From NCBI RefSeq assembly GCF_006345805.1, contig NC_043020.1, forward strand, positions 2,356,001-2,420,000: DNA of 64,000 bases, written 5' to 3'. The first letter of the stretch is position 1. Each line of letters opens with the position of its first letter. Made by a program: the position numbers and the translations under genes. The notes under the pieces were generated by a model. It had not been told where the DNA came from and ran no database searches. It saw nothing but the letters and a program-made list of their open reading frames with translations. Source of the DNA: Octopus sinensis. Taxonomy: Eukaryota. Below are positions 1-10,587 of the stretch, piece after piece.

Positions 1-17
1 TTAATTATTTGTATTAT

Positions 18-508
18 AGAAATGTTACATTTCTAAATATCTCAGAGAGATATAAGCAGTAGTGGTACGATAGAGCGGTTGTATACTGTCAACTTAACGT
101 AACAGTCCCATAAAGGGAATCACACCACCGGTATTTAGCCCTAGGAAGCATCAACGCTTCCTGTCGGCCTTGACACATTTCCTGTGTCCTTATGTTTACA
201 AGGGGGAGATAAGCACCCCCACCCAGCTAAGCCTGCATCCAGAGACTAGTTTCTGAGTTTTTGCTCATCATCAGTCTGGAGTAGCATGGCTTGCTAGCTG
301 CAGATGCTTGTCTAGACCTTGTAAACATATATAATAATTCCAGTGAAATAAATCCACTGATCACAAAAACAGAAATATTACATTTCTAAATATCTGAGAG
401 AGATATAAGCAGTGGTGGTATGATAGAGCAGTTGTATATTTCACTGGAATTATTATATGTTCACAAGGCCTAGACAAGCATCTGCAGCTAGCAAGCCATG
501 CTACTCCA
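18..508 (-). mobile_element. Non-autonomous Penelope-like/retrozyme element carrying the HHR
   Basis: Direct repeat 18-85 / 371-438 (period 353). Segment 439-508 is an inverted copy of 277-348. No ORF. Confidence 0.7.
229..292 (-). ncRNA. Type I hammerhead ribozyme, core intact, extended helix I
   Basis: Minus strand reads AAGCC A TGC TAC TCCAGA-CTGATGA-TGAG CAAAAA CTCA-GAAA-CTAG-TC-TCTGGA T GCA GGCTT. All core nucleotides are present, with a GUC site and palindromic helix III ACTAGT. Confidence 0.88.
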
Positions 509-633
509 TATGTAGTACATATATATATATATATATGTACCAGGGGAAAACATTTTTATTTTGCTTCAATAAACTCAGTCTGATCCATTCAAACACAGAA
601 AAGTGGATGTTAAAATGCTATACATACATACAT

Positions 634-707
<74 letters not shown>

Positions 708-1386
708 GGATGGATGGATGGATGAGTGCTTGTGTGTGTGCATGTGCATGCACTCGTGTCAGTGTGTTTGACCCTCCCACTGTTTGGCAATCGGTGTTGG
801 TCTGTTCACCTCCTTATAACTTAGCAGTTTGGCAAAAGACAAATGATAGGATAAGTCCCAGACTGAAAAGGGAAAGTAAATAATGGAACCAATTTGTTTG
901 ACTAAAACCCTTTAAAAGCACTGCTGCAGCATGGCAGCAGTCCAATGATGGAAACAAGTGAAAGAAGCTAGGTATATATCTGCTGCATCTTTTGAGATTA
1001 AACTGTAACAAAGTGAAGCCTTATATCAGCAAATGCAAAAGCCCAGCCAAAAGCTGATCACAATTCAGCTTTGTAATTGCTTGGTGTGTTTACACTTGTT
1101 TTGAAATAAAAGAAAGAAAATATTTGACGTTGGCAGAATTTATTGAATGCAAGAATTCAGCAGAGAAACTGTTTAAATTTTCACTTACGTTTTCAATGTC
1201 AATACACGTCTGTTGTTATTTTTCTACTTTTCAAACACTCCTTTACGCAACCCCACATACTACGGCCCTCTGCCATCCACAACGTTTACTGTGAACCCTT
1301 AGTGGTGAATAAAGAAAGCGGTGTTGCTTTTGTTATCATTATTATTGTTGTTGTTGTGTTGTTGTTGTTGTTGTTGTTGATATTAA

Positions 1387-1605
1387 CCCTTTAGTGTTCA
1401 GATTATTCTATCAAACATAATGCCTATTGATTCCCATTGATTTGAATTAATCATGCATTATCTCATATCTTCAAGATCTTGATGGTGTAATCACTTAATG
1501 TAGAATAACATTGTAGGGTAGGTGTGAGAGCCTGGATCTGGTCAGTTTGAACATAAAACAGATTAACTATTTTGGCCGGATATGGCTGGTTTAAATACTA
1601 AAGGG
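1387..1605 (+). mobile_element. piggyBac-type MITE family A
   Basis: TTAA|ccctttag...ctaaaggg|TTAA. Confidence 0.85.
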
Positions 1606-1609
1606 TTAA

Positions 1610-1795
1610 GGTGACAAGCTGGCAGAGTGGTTAGCACACTGGGCAAAATGCTTAGCAGCATTTCATCCGTCTTTACATTCTGAGTTCAAGTTCCGCTGAG
1701 GTCGACTTGGCCTTTCATTCTTTTGAGGTCGATGAAATAAATACCAATTACGCACTGGGATCAACATAATCGACTAGCCCCACCCCCAAAATTTC
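1610..1795 (+). mobile_element. SINE-B (gagctggcagaatcgttagc head; gcctttcatcctttcggggtcgataaa core)
   Basis: Recurs at 5068, 10822, 12640(-), 26385, 42160(-), 47750(-), 53680, 53895 and 59605(-). Confidence 0.85.
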
Positions 1796-2149
1796 AGGCT
1801 TTGAGTTTTCTTGAATTTATTCAAAGGTGGGTGAAAGTTACAAAAATGGCAAGAGTGGATGGTACTTCTCTGAGTGTAGACCTGTGAGTCGGAGAGAAGG
1901 AATTGGAAGGGGCACTTGCTCTTGGTGTTCAGGGAAATCCAGGACAGTGGGGTTCCTTGATTATCCCTAGAGGTCATCCTGTATGAGGAGGGCTACATCT
2001 TCCATTGTATACCATGTATACTTAGATTTTTTTTTGTTATCTAATTATTTTACAATTTCATTATATGTAAACCCCAACATTTTATGTCAGTCTTTGTATT
2101 GTTTCCCTCATCCTTCGCCCTGGTGGCAAATAAATAAAATCATCATCAT

Positions 2150-2151
2150 CA

Positions 2152-2197
<46 letters not shown>

Positions 2198-2280
2198 GAG
2201 TGTGATATTTTCTTCTTTCAGTTTTGTTTCCATTTCTTGCCGAGTGTCTACCAACACCTAGGGCAAAGAAACTCACTCTA
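2150..2280 (-). mobile_element. Probable 3' UTR and (AAT)n tail of the R4/Dong fragment
   Basis: Unique sequence ending in (AAT)n on the minus strand, downstream of the stop codon. Link to the fragment is inferred. Confidence 0.45.
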
Positions 2281-2354
2281 CACATTTGTAGGTCATTAAA
2301 ATACATACAGCAGATATTTCATTTACGAAGACATGTGGTAGGAAAAAAAAGGAG

Positions 2355-2396
<42 letters not shown>

Positions 2397-2459
2397 AGGA
2401 AAACAAAAAATAGAACAGAAAAAATGAAAAAAATGGAAAAGGGGGAAAAGTTTTTAAAA

Positions 2460-3290
2460 ATTCACAGCAACAATGATCTCAATACATGTGACATATCAGT
2501 TAAAACAATCTTTTGCACTTCCTGCATTGATGGTAAGCCAGGGGTCATTCTCAAATAATTTTCAGTTCCTTTTTTTTTATCATTCCAAGTGCTCTTACAA
2601 TCACTGGTATTGTAACCATCTTCTGATGCCACATTTTTCTGACTTCAATCAGCAAATCTTTATATTTTCTGAGCTTGTCAAATTCTTTTCTCAAGATATT
2701 ATGATCGCAAGGAACGCTTATGTCAATCAATAAACAGATTTTATCGTTTTGGTCTTTCACAACAATATCTGGTTTATTACCATTGATGTTTCTCTATCTA
2801 CTTGAAAGCGTTAAATTTTCTCCCTCAGTTACAGCCTCAGGGTGGTGCTTATACCATTTGTCAGAAGTTTTGACTTTATAACGCTGACATATTAACCAGT
2901 GTAGATATTGGCCAACTTTGTCATGTCTTGATTTATACTCTACAGGTGCTAAAACCGTACTCCCAGAAATTAGGTGGTCCACTGTTTCAATCCCATCATT
3001 GCAGTATCGGCACTTTGGGTCTACTCCATTTTACATCACAGAAGCTTGGTAGTTCCATGCCAATAAGCTCTGATCTTAAGCAGCTGAGATAAAGCCTTTG
3101 CTCTCTGCCTTTAGCCCTGAGCTCTATGGCCACTAATGGGTGTGCTTCTGGTCTACATCAGCTTGTTTGCTAAGGGCCACATATTTGCTATGCAGAGGTT
3201 TTTGTTCAAATGCTTTTTTCATTGCCATTGATTTCACCTTCTTCGCAACAACAGTTGCTGCACTTCCATCATACTGTTCCACCTGGGTAT
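2460..3290 (-). mobile_element. R4/Dong-clade non-LTR retrotransposon 3' fragment (zinc knuckle plus REL endonuclease), frameshifted
   Basis: Motifs KPLHSKY, GFISAA*DQSL, DPKCRYCNDGIETVDHLISG..RHDKV..HW, CLLIDISVP.D.N...KEFDKLRKYKDL, EVQKIVL. Confidence 0.85.
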
Positions 3291-3934
3291 TATTGCTTGG
3301 AAACATGTGAGGATTCATGAAAGAAGGGGAATCTGCCTTACCGAATTTCCAACACATGCAAGCATGGGAAAATGGACACCAAAAGGATGATGTATCTTTC
3401 ATCATTCACATGTTTCTGAGGCCATACTGGAGCACTGACTAGAAGAATTTTTAGTCAAATGAATGGAACCCAGTACTTATGCTCTTTTTTAAAAAAAGCA
3501 TGGTACTTATTCTATCTGTCTCTTTTTGTTGAAACCCCAAGTAATGGGGATGTAAACACACCAACACCACTTGGCAAGCAGTAGTGGATGTTAAATACGG
3601 ATATGAAGACACACACACACATATATGACACACTTCTTTCATTAAAAAAAAGCTTAAGTACTGGGTTCCATTCACTTGACTAAAATTTCTTCAAGTCAGT
3701 GCTCCAGTATGGCCTCAGTCTAATGACTGAAACAAGCAAATGATAAAAGATACATCATTCTTTTGGTATCCGTTTTCCCATGCTTGCATCTGTTGGGAAT
3801 TTGTTAAATACACTCACAAGGCCTTCAGTGGTCTGACACTATAGAAGAAACTTATTCAAGGTTCCACACAGTGGGACTGAACCCAGAACCATACAGTTGG
3901 AAACCAAGCTTATTACCACATAGCTACAAACACA

Positions 3935-4110
3935 TCGTAACTGAAAGGCTTCAATCTGCAATACTCAGAGTTACTCCCTTCCTAAGTATCAGCTGGTGAA
4001 CTGATTCTAACAGTTTACCAGCTGACGAGTGGAAACAAGAGACCCTGGGTATTGGAAACCAGAGCCTTTCAATTGGAATGTATTAAAGAACACCCTACAT
4101 TGGTATTGAG
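3935..4110 (+). mobile_element. Old decayed twin-hammerhead palindrome
   Basis: Diverged arms around cagctggtgaactg/cagtttaccagctg. Right arm ccag-CTGACGA-gtggaaacaa-GAGA-ccctggg-TA-ttgg. The following tail resembles the 8828 tail. Confidence 0.55.
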
Positions 4111-5033
4111 TCCTGTAATTTATTGCTTCTGGTGAATCAACAGAGATTTATATATACACACACAAACACACATATGTCCATATCTTATACGTGTATTTTC
4201 CATTCATCTTTTTATTATTTTTCTGTTTAAATTTTGAAATTTAAATATACATACATACATATATATAACTCATACACACACACACATATATATATATATA
4301 TTAGTCATACACACAAAAACACACACATATATATATATATATATAATACTCATACACACACACACATATATATATATGCATAACATGCACACAAACACAC
4401 ACACACACGTAGTTATTGATTTACTGGTGTATTTAGTAGTTAGCAGAATTATTTAAATTGCTAATCTCGTTAATCTGTCTGTTGAGAAATCAAACACTGG
4501 TAGGATAGGGGAAGTGTGGGGGGAGGGAGCAGAGGGTGAGGCGGGGGGGGGACCAAGACAAAAAAAAATCTCAAAAACAAACACAACAGCCAAGATCTAA
4601 AACAAAAAAAAAAGAAAAGAAAAACAAAAAAAAAAAATAACAAAAAGTATAAACACCGAACAAAAATAAAAAAAAAAATTGGAGTTTACTACAATTGCAT
4701 TCTGCAAAAAGAAAAGTTGACAAAATCATCAAAAAAAAAAACCACTATTACAAAATGTAAAGATATAAAAACAAAAAAACCCGCTGGTCTACATCAGATT
4801 AATGTCATGTTTTTCTACTTTATATTTGCTTTGGTGAATTGTCAGCATTAAATATTTCATCATTTTTTGTCATTCTCTATTTTACTCTCATCTACTACTA
4901 CTACTACTATTACTACTACTACAATTGCTACTAGTACTACTGTTATCATTATTGTTACTATTATTAATATCATTATTATGATTACTACTACTACTACTAC
5001 TACAATTATTATTATTATCATCATCATTATTAT

Positions 5034-5067
<34 letters not shown>

Positions 5068-5262
5068 GAGGTAGTGAGCTGGCTGTATCGTCAACACATT
5101 GGATGAAATGCTTAGCAGTATTTCGCCTGTCGCTACGTTCTGAGTTCAAATTCCGCCGAGGTCGACTTTGCCTTTCATCCTTTCGGGTTTAATAAATTAA
5201 GTACCAGTTGAATACTGAGGTTGATGTAATCAACTATCTCCTCCGCAAAATTACTGCCCTTG
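5068..5262 (+). mobile_element. SINE-B
   Basis: Same family. Confidence 0.85.
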
Positions 5263-5308
5263 TGGCAAAATTTGAATTTTTTATTATCATCATTATTATT
5301 ATCATCAA

Positions 5309-5350
<42 letters not shown>

Positions 5351-5534
5351 CGTACTCCCACCCCATTTCTTTACCATTATATCATATGTAAACTCCCTAG
5401 TCGTTATGTCTATCTTTCAACTATCCCCCTCATCCTTCACCCTGGTGGCAAAGAAAAGAAATTATTATTATTATTATTATATTATTATTATTATTATTAT
5501 TATTATTATCATCATTATCATTATTATTATGATT

Positions 5535-5900
5535 AGTATTATTCAGTAGTCTTATTTTTATCACATGCTTTCTCTGCACTACTGAACGCAGCTCTTTGTG
5601 CCTTGGGGATGTGCTATGGTTTGTTGTGCGCTTTTATTTTCACTGTATTGAAAGTGTTTTACGTAGGATGTGTGCAGTGCCCAGTAGTGCTATTTTTTGT
5701 ATGCTTTATACATTTGTGAATCCTTGTGTTTTTGTACTGCATTCATCTGAATGTCTTTTGTATCATACCTAATGTTTCCATTTTTAGGTTCCACATTCGA
5801 GTTACCTCCAGTTCCAGGTCTCTGTATTTTGAAAGTTTCTCTGTTTCTTTTAGAGAAACACTGTCATCTGTTGGTATTGATACAGCGATTAGAAAGCATT
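5535..5900 (-). mobile_element. Second R4/Dong 3' end embedded in (ATT)n
   Basis: CFLIAVSIPTDDSVSLKETEKLSKYRDLELEVTRMW...IQKIALLGTAHILRKTLSIQ*, with ATT tracts on both sides. Confidence 0.85.
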
Positions 5901-6180
5901 TTATTATTATTATCGAGTGAGATAGCAGTGCATGCCATCAAAATGACACTGGGGTAAAATATTTTTTTTTAACATGAATTTAGAGGAACATATTAACCAG
6001 ATGGTTTTCTGTTCAGTTCCATGTCACAGCTAACTGCATCAATTAGTATTCAACGTCTCTGACTCCTATTAGTTGTCACTCACACTGTAAATTCCACTGA
6101 TGGGTAATTCTGTGTCTGCTTCACCAGATTGTAATATTATCTGGAGTGTATATTAGCAATAATTATAACAATATAGAATA

Positions 6181-6537
6181 TGAAGACTCGCTCATCCTCA
6201 AAATTTATATCCCTTTCTTTTACAATTTCATGCAGCATATTTTTATGTCATCATGACCTACACAGGTTTCCATTGCAGTGAGAATGGACAGCTGCACATG
6301 CAACTGGGTATAATTTTCTGCACAGCTTCATTCAGGTCTGGCCACCAGCTGGTTTCAAAGCAAACTGGCTGGTGGACAGACCCTGAATGAAGCTGCACAG
6401 AAAATCAGGCCCAGCTACATGTAAAACTGCCCATACTTCATGTAACAGAAACACATGTAGGTTGTAATAACATAAACATATGAAGTAAGAAATTGTAAAA
6501 TAAAGGGATATAAATTTTGAGGATGAACAAGTCTCCA
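6181..6537. mobile_element. Foldback MITE, about 170-bp diverged arms, TA flanks
   Basis: TA|tgaagactcgctcatcctc...gaggatgaacaagtctcca|TA; the whole element is self-complementary. Confidence 0.75.
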
Positions 6538-6554
6538 TATTCTATATATATATA

Positions 6555-6585
<31 letters not shown>

Positions 6586-6661
6586 ATAATTATTTGAGGA
6601 ATACTATTCCTAACTTACAGGGAAAAATTCGATTTAGAAATACTAAATCAAATTTCACAAA

Positions 6662-6693
<32 letters not shown>

Positions 6694-6696
<3 letters not shown>

Positions 6697-6936
6697 TAGA
6701 AAAAAAAACACCTTTTATCAATTCAAAATGAACAATTAAATTACACCATCTAGAAAATAACGAAATACGCGTCATTATTCTACCAAATATATACGTTTTT
6801 ATTATTATTTTGCAATTTACTTAATCATCGGTATATTATTGTTATTTTAATTTTAATATTTCTATTATATGTAATTTTCTAGATGGTGTAATTTAATTGT
6901 TCATTTTGAATTGATAAAAGGTGTTTTTTTCTAATT
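6694..6936. mobile_element. MITE with about 65-bp near-perfect TIRs inside (TA)n
   Basis: aattagaaaa..caccttttatcaattcaaaatgaacaattaaattacaccatctagaaaat and its reverse complement at 6874-6936. A partial TIR also occurs at 22529-22562. Confidence 0.85.
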
Positions 6937-7747
6937 TTTTATATAAATATATATATATATACTATATGTATATATATATGTACAATTAAATAAGGGTAGA
7001 AATTGATATTAATCAATTAAAATCAGTGGCCTAACATATTTTTAAAAAATCCAAAGATTTTTTTTTTTTACATACAAAATTTAGAGGACTGACCACTAAA
7101 AGTAGACAGCCTATAATGCTAGATATAGACATCAAAATCAACATTTTCCACGAAGAATGTGTTCTCAAGAAAAAATTTCAGTAAAAAACCAAAGTGTAAA
7201 AATGTACAGACTATTCTTTAAAATGCTTGGATTTCTCCTAAGCAGGTGGGAAACCAAAAACTATCTTTTTATCCTTTTTGTTTATGTTCTGCGGAACAAT
7301 TCATTACCCACAGTAATCACTTCAAAGGAAATAGTAAAAATTTAAAAAATAATAATCTAATGGTTTTGTTTCATTAGAAAGACTGTGGCTAGAACTGGTC
7401 TTTTCCTGAAGATTACAAAGAAAAACAGTTTCAAATTCTTACAGCATTCAGGTACAAATTCATTTGATTTTTATTGCTGTTGTAATTGTTGTCAGAATCA
7501 TTTCGCTTTTGGAAATAGAACTATCCAATTCATAATCACACACCTGATTTTTATGTTCACTGTTTATTTTACTAGATTTTTCCGTTTCTATTCAAAAATT
7601 CTTTGACTTCCAACTCACTGCTCGACGACACGAAACTGGTATCCATTTTTATGTCCACAGCGAAAAATTTCAGAGAATCAAAGAAGCAAAATATGACAGA
7701 AAATTTCCATAAACTCATAGAACTCAGAGATCATGCAAAATAGTGTT

Positions 7748-7909
7748 GGATGGCTGTGTGGTAAGTAGCTTGCTTATGAACCACAAGGTTCCGGGTTCAG
7801 TCCCACTGCAAGGCACCTTTGGCAAGTGTCTTCTACTATAGCCTTGAGCTGACCAAAGCCTTGTGAGTGGATTTGGTAGACAGAAACTGAAAGAAGCCTG
7901 TTGTACATA

Positions 7910-7942
<33 letters not shown>

Positions 7943-8150
7943 TTGTGTGTCTCTGTTTGTCCCACCAACATCGCTTGGCAGCCAATGCTGGTGTGTTTAC
8001 ATCCCCATAACTTAGCGGTTCGGCCAAAGAGACCGATAGAATAAGTACTAGGCTTATAAAGAATAAGTCCTGAGGTTGATTTGTTCGACTAAAGGCGGCG
8101 CTCCAGCATGGCCACAGTCAAATGATTGAAACAAGTAAAAGATAAAAGAT
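7748..8150 (+). mobile_element. SINE-A (tRNA-derived, probably the Octopus OK/OR class), full length
   Basis: Head ggctgtgtggtaag..ggttcagtccc, ccttgggcaagtgtctt core, internal microsatellite, tail cagcatggcc..gaaacaagtaaaaga. More than 20 copies or fragments occur in the window. Confidence 0.9.
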
Positions 8151-8237
8151 AGTCGATGTTGAAATCAGGATTTGTCTAATATGTCAGTGCGTCTTTTATG
8201 CCATCGAATACAATTAAATTCTACCCCCCGGCCTCTC

Positions 8238-8270
<33 letters not shown>

Positions 8271-8273
8271 TAC

Positions 8274-8402
8274 CTTCATTGGAATTCCTGTTACAGTGGT
8301 CGAAGACAAGTTGTAGTACTGCTGAACCAATGCTGCGAGTTTGTTGTACAGGATACGACCGGCCTGAGTCACGTGAACCTCCACCGACAGTTGTGGAGAC
8401 AC
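8274..8402 (-). CDS. INTS13: INTS13/Asunder internal coding exon, 129 nt: VSPQLSVEVHVTQAGRILYNKLAALVQQYYNLSSTTVTGIPMK
   Basis: Acceptor tatcttacag and donor AAG|gtaaga; 43 codons. Aligns with human LSPVLTSEVHSVRAGRHLATKLNILVQQHFDLASTTITNIPMK and directly continues the 10497-10587 exon. Confidence 0.95.
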
Positions 8403-8437
8403 CTGTAAGATACACATATGTATATTTATTGTGTGAA

Positions 8438-8481
<44 letters not shown>

Positions 8482-8682
8482 TGAGAAATTATGATAAACA
8501 TGAGATACAGTTTGTATCATTTGTTCTCTACATATGTTTCACCATTGTGAGTATTTGCATCCTCTGCAGTGGTCTTCATAAGGTAAGAGGATGCTAAGCC
8601 ACAACGGTTCTTCAGAAGAACACTTCATTACATTATGTTTAGATACATCAAATGCTTTAACATATATATATATATATATATA

Positions 8683-8900
8683 CTTTATTTAAAAGCAGCA
8701 GAAATATAACAAAAGCTGTTACTCGGAGTTTCACATTCCCGTACGTCAGAGTAAAACTGTCTGACGAATGGGAACGTGAAACTCTGAGTAACAGCTTTTG
8801 CTATATTTCTGCTGCTTTTAAATAAAGCATATTACTCTACCTCTGGTATTTGAGTACTCTTTTTTCCACCTTGTTTCACATTTATGTGCTTACTCCGGTA
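8683..8900 (+). mobile_element. Palindromic twin-hammerhead element plus about 75-nt tail
   Basis: Arms 8683-8750 and 8760-8827 (68 nt, 5 mismatches). Tail gcatattactctacc...tactccgg is shared with 46025-46098 and 41800-41862. Confidence 0.8.
8753..8799 (+). ncRNA. Type I hammerhead ribozyme, core intact
   Basis: aaaactgt-CTGACGA-atg GGAA cgt-GAAA-ctctgag-TA-acagctttt. GUA site, GNRA loop II, near-palindromic helix III. Confidence 0.78.
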
Positions 8901-9244
8901 TATATATATACACATATATACACACATTGTTTGTAGTGGTGTACACATTTTATAAATAGTATTTATGCAAATGCTGACTACTTTCATTGTTATTATGTTA
9001 AACTGTCGTATGTCCAAATTTGACCAAATGCATTGTCTTCAATATTTATTTTTGCTTGTAATATCCGGGGTTTTTTTCGTCAAACTATCACATCTCCAGC
9101 AGCTTCAGATGCCAAGATATCAAAAATTGTCAAAGTGTAGCACAACAGTTATGCTATGCAATGGTGAACCTATTTTTTCGTTTTCTGAAAAAGCAACATT
9201 TTGGACTTACGACACTTTTGCATAATAGCAACAGTATATATACA

Positions 9245-9470
9245 TCATCATCATCGTTTAACATCCGTTTTCCATGCTAGCATGGGTTGGACGGTTCGAC
9301 CAGGGTCTGGGAAGCCAGGAGGCTGCACCAGGCTCCAGTCTGATCTGACAGTGTTTCTACAGCTGGATGCCCTTCCTAATGCCAACCACTCCATGAGTGT
9401 AGTGGGTGCTTTTTACGTGCCACCAGCATGGAAGCCTGTCAGGGCAGTGCTGGTATTGGCCACGTTCAGA
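9245..9470 (-). mobile_element. SINE-D with RTE-like 3' end and (GAT)n tail
   Basis: ggaagggcatccagctgtagaaac...ccaacccatgctagcatggaaaacggatgttaaacgatgatg. Other copies at 11205(-), 39968(-), 40679, 51293(-), 52100 and 56735. Confidence 0.85.
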
Positions 9471-9719
9471 TGTTGGTGGGTACCTCAGTATGGCATAGAT
9501 CACCCAGATACACCAACACAGTAGCCCACCAAACAGCAGCATCAACAACAACAACAGTAAAACTGACAAGGGTTAAATGAATTTGTCATGTTGGTTTGGT
9601 ATTTGTTTGTGGATTAAGTAATTTAAGATACTTTGTGTATGAGACATTGTGGCACAGCTGTTTCGGTGCAGCTGCAGCCGACATTTTAACAACTCTTTCA
9701 TTTCAATGCTTCTCTCATT

Positions 9720-10080
9720 CTGCCCCCTCTTTCCTCTCTCTCCTTTCTTTCCTCTGTCTCCTTTCCTCCCTCTTTCCCCTTCTCTCTCTCTCACCTTTCT
9801 TTCCTGTCTCCCTTCCTCCCTCTTTCCCCTTCTCCCTCTCTTTCTCCCTCCCTCTCTCTCTCCTTTCTTTCCTTTGTCTCCCTTCCTCCCTCTTTCCCCT
9901 TCTCCTTCCCTTTCTCTCTCCTTTCTTTCCTGTCTCCCTTCCTCCCTCTTTCCCTCACATTACCTTTATCTCCCTTCCCCTCCTTCCCTCCCTCTTCCTC
10001 CCTCTCTCTCTATCTCCCTCTTTCGCTCCTTCCCTCTTTCCCTCTCTCCACTTTTCCATCTGTCCCACACCATCCCCCTC
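9720..10080 (+). repeat. CT-rich low-complexity tract with higher-order repeats
   Basis: Recurrent cttcctccctctttcccct units. Confidence 0.9.
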
Positions 10081-10496
10081 TCACTCCTTCTTTCAGTCTG
10101 TACACATGAGATGGAAAGAGTTTCTGCCAATCATGTACAATTAATGAATTATAATCTCTCTCTTTCTCTCTCTCTCTCTCCTTCTATCATTATGTGTATA
10201 TTTTTGCATGCATGTGTGTGAGTGTGTTTGTCTCCAGTGCCAAAAACAACCGCCACCAAAACAGGCTCTATGTCCAGTCAGCCATGCCAGATCATTAGCA
10301 TCCAAAGAGCTGCACCCAATCATATCATTCCGAGATTCTTCCACCATATTCCAACTTCGCTGTGTTTGCATCTTAGCGCCAGCCACAATGGAAAACTAAA
10401 GACCAACTCTTAAGCAGCGTTTACCCATCAAGCAAAAACTCTGGGAACCAGCGACCTCAATGGAATTACATACACACATACACAATATACACCTAC

Positions 10497-10587
10497 CTCT
10501 TTGAGGGGTTTGTCTGAGAACTTCACTTCATCACCAACTGGAACAATATGCACCAGGACCAGATCACAATGGTTGATCGGCAGAAGT
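10497..10587 (-). CDS. INTS13: INTS13/Asunder internal coding exon, 91 nt: (x)LLPINHCDLVLVHIVPVGDEVKFSDKPLKE
   Basis: Acceptor catcttcttacag and donor GAG|gtaggt. Peptide aligns with human INTS13 LMQIQKCELVLIHTYPVGEDSLVSDRSKKE (recalled). It ends in phase 0, matching the next exon. Confidence 0.93.

Noticed and set aside
8950-9230. Possible Penelope GIY-YIG remnant next to the twin-HHR element
   Set aside because: No convincing motif in any frame, and multiple stops.
9720-10080. Regularly spaced repeats that might suggest a CRISPR-like array
   Set aside because: Low-complexity CT tract in a eukaryotic intron with no unique spacers.
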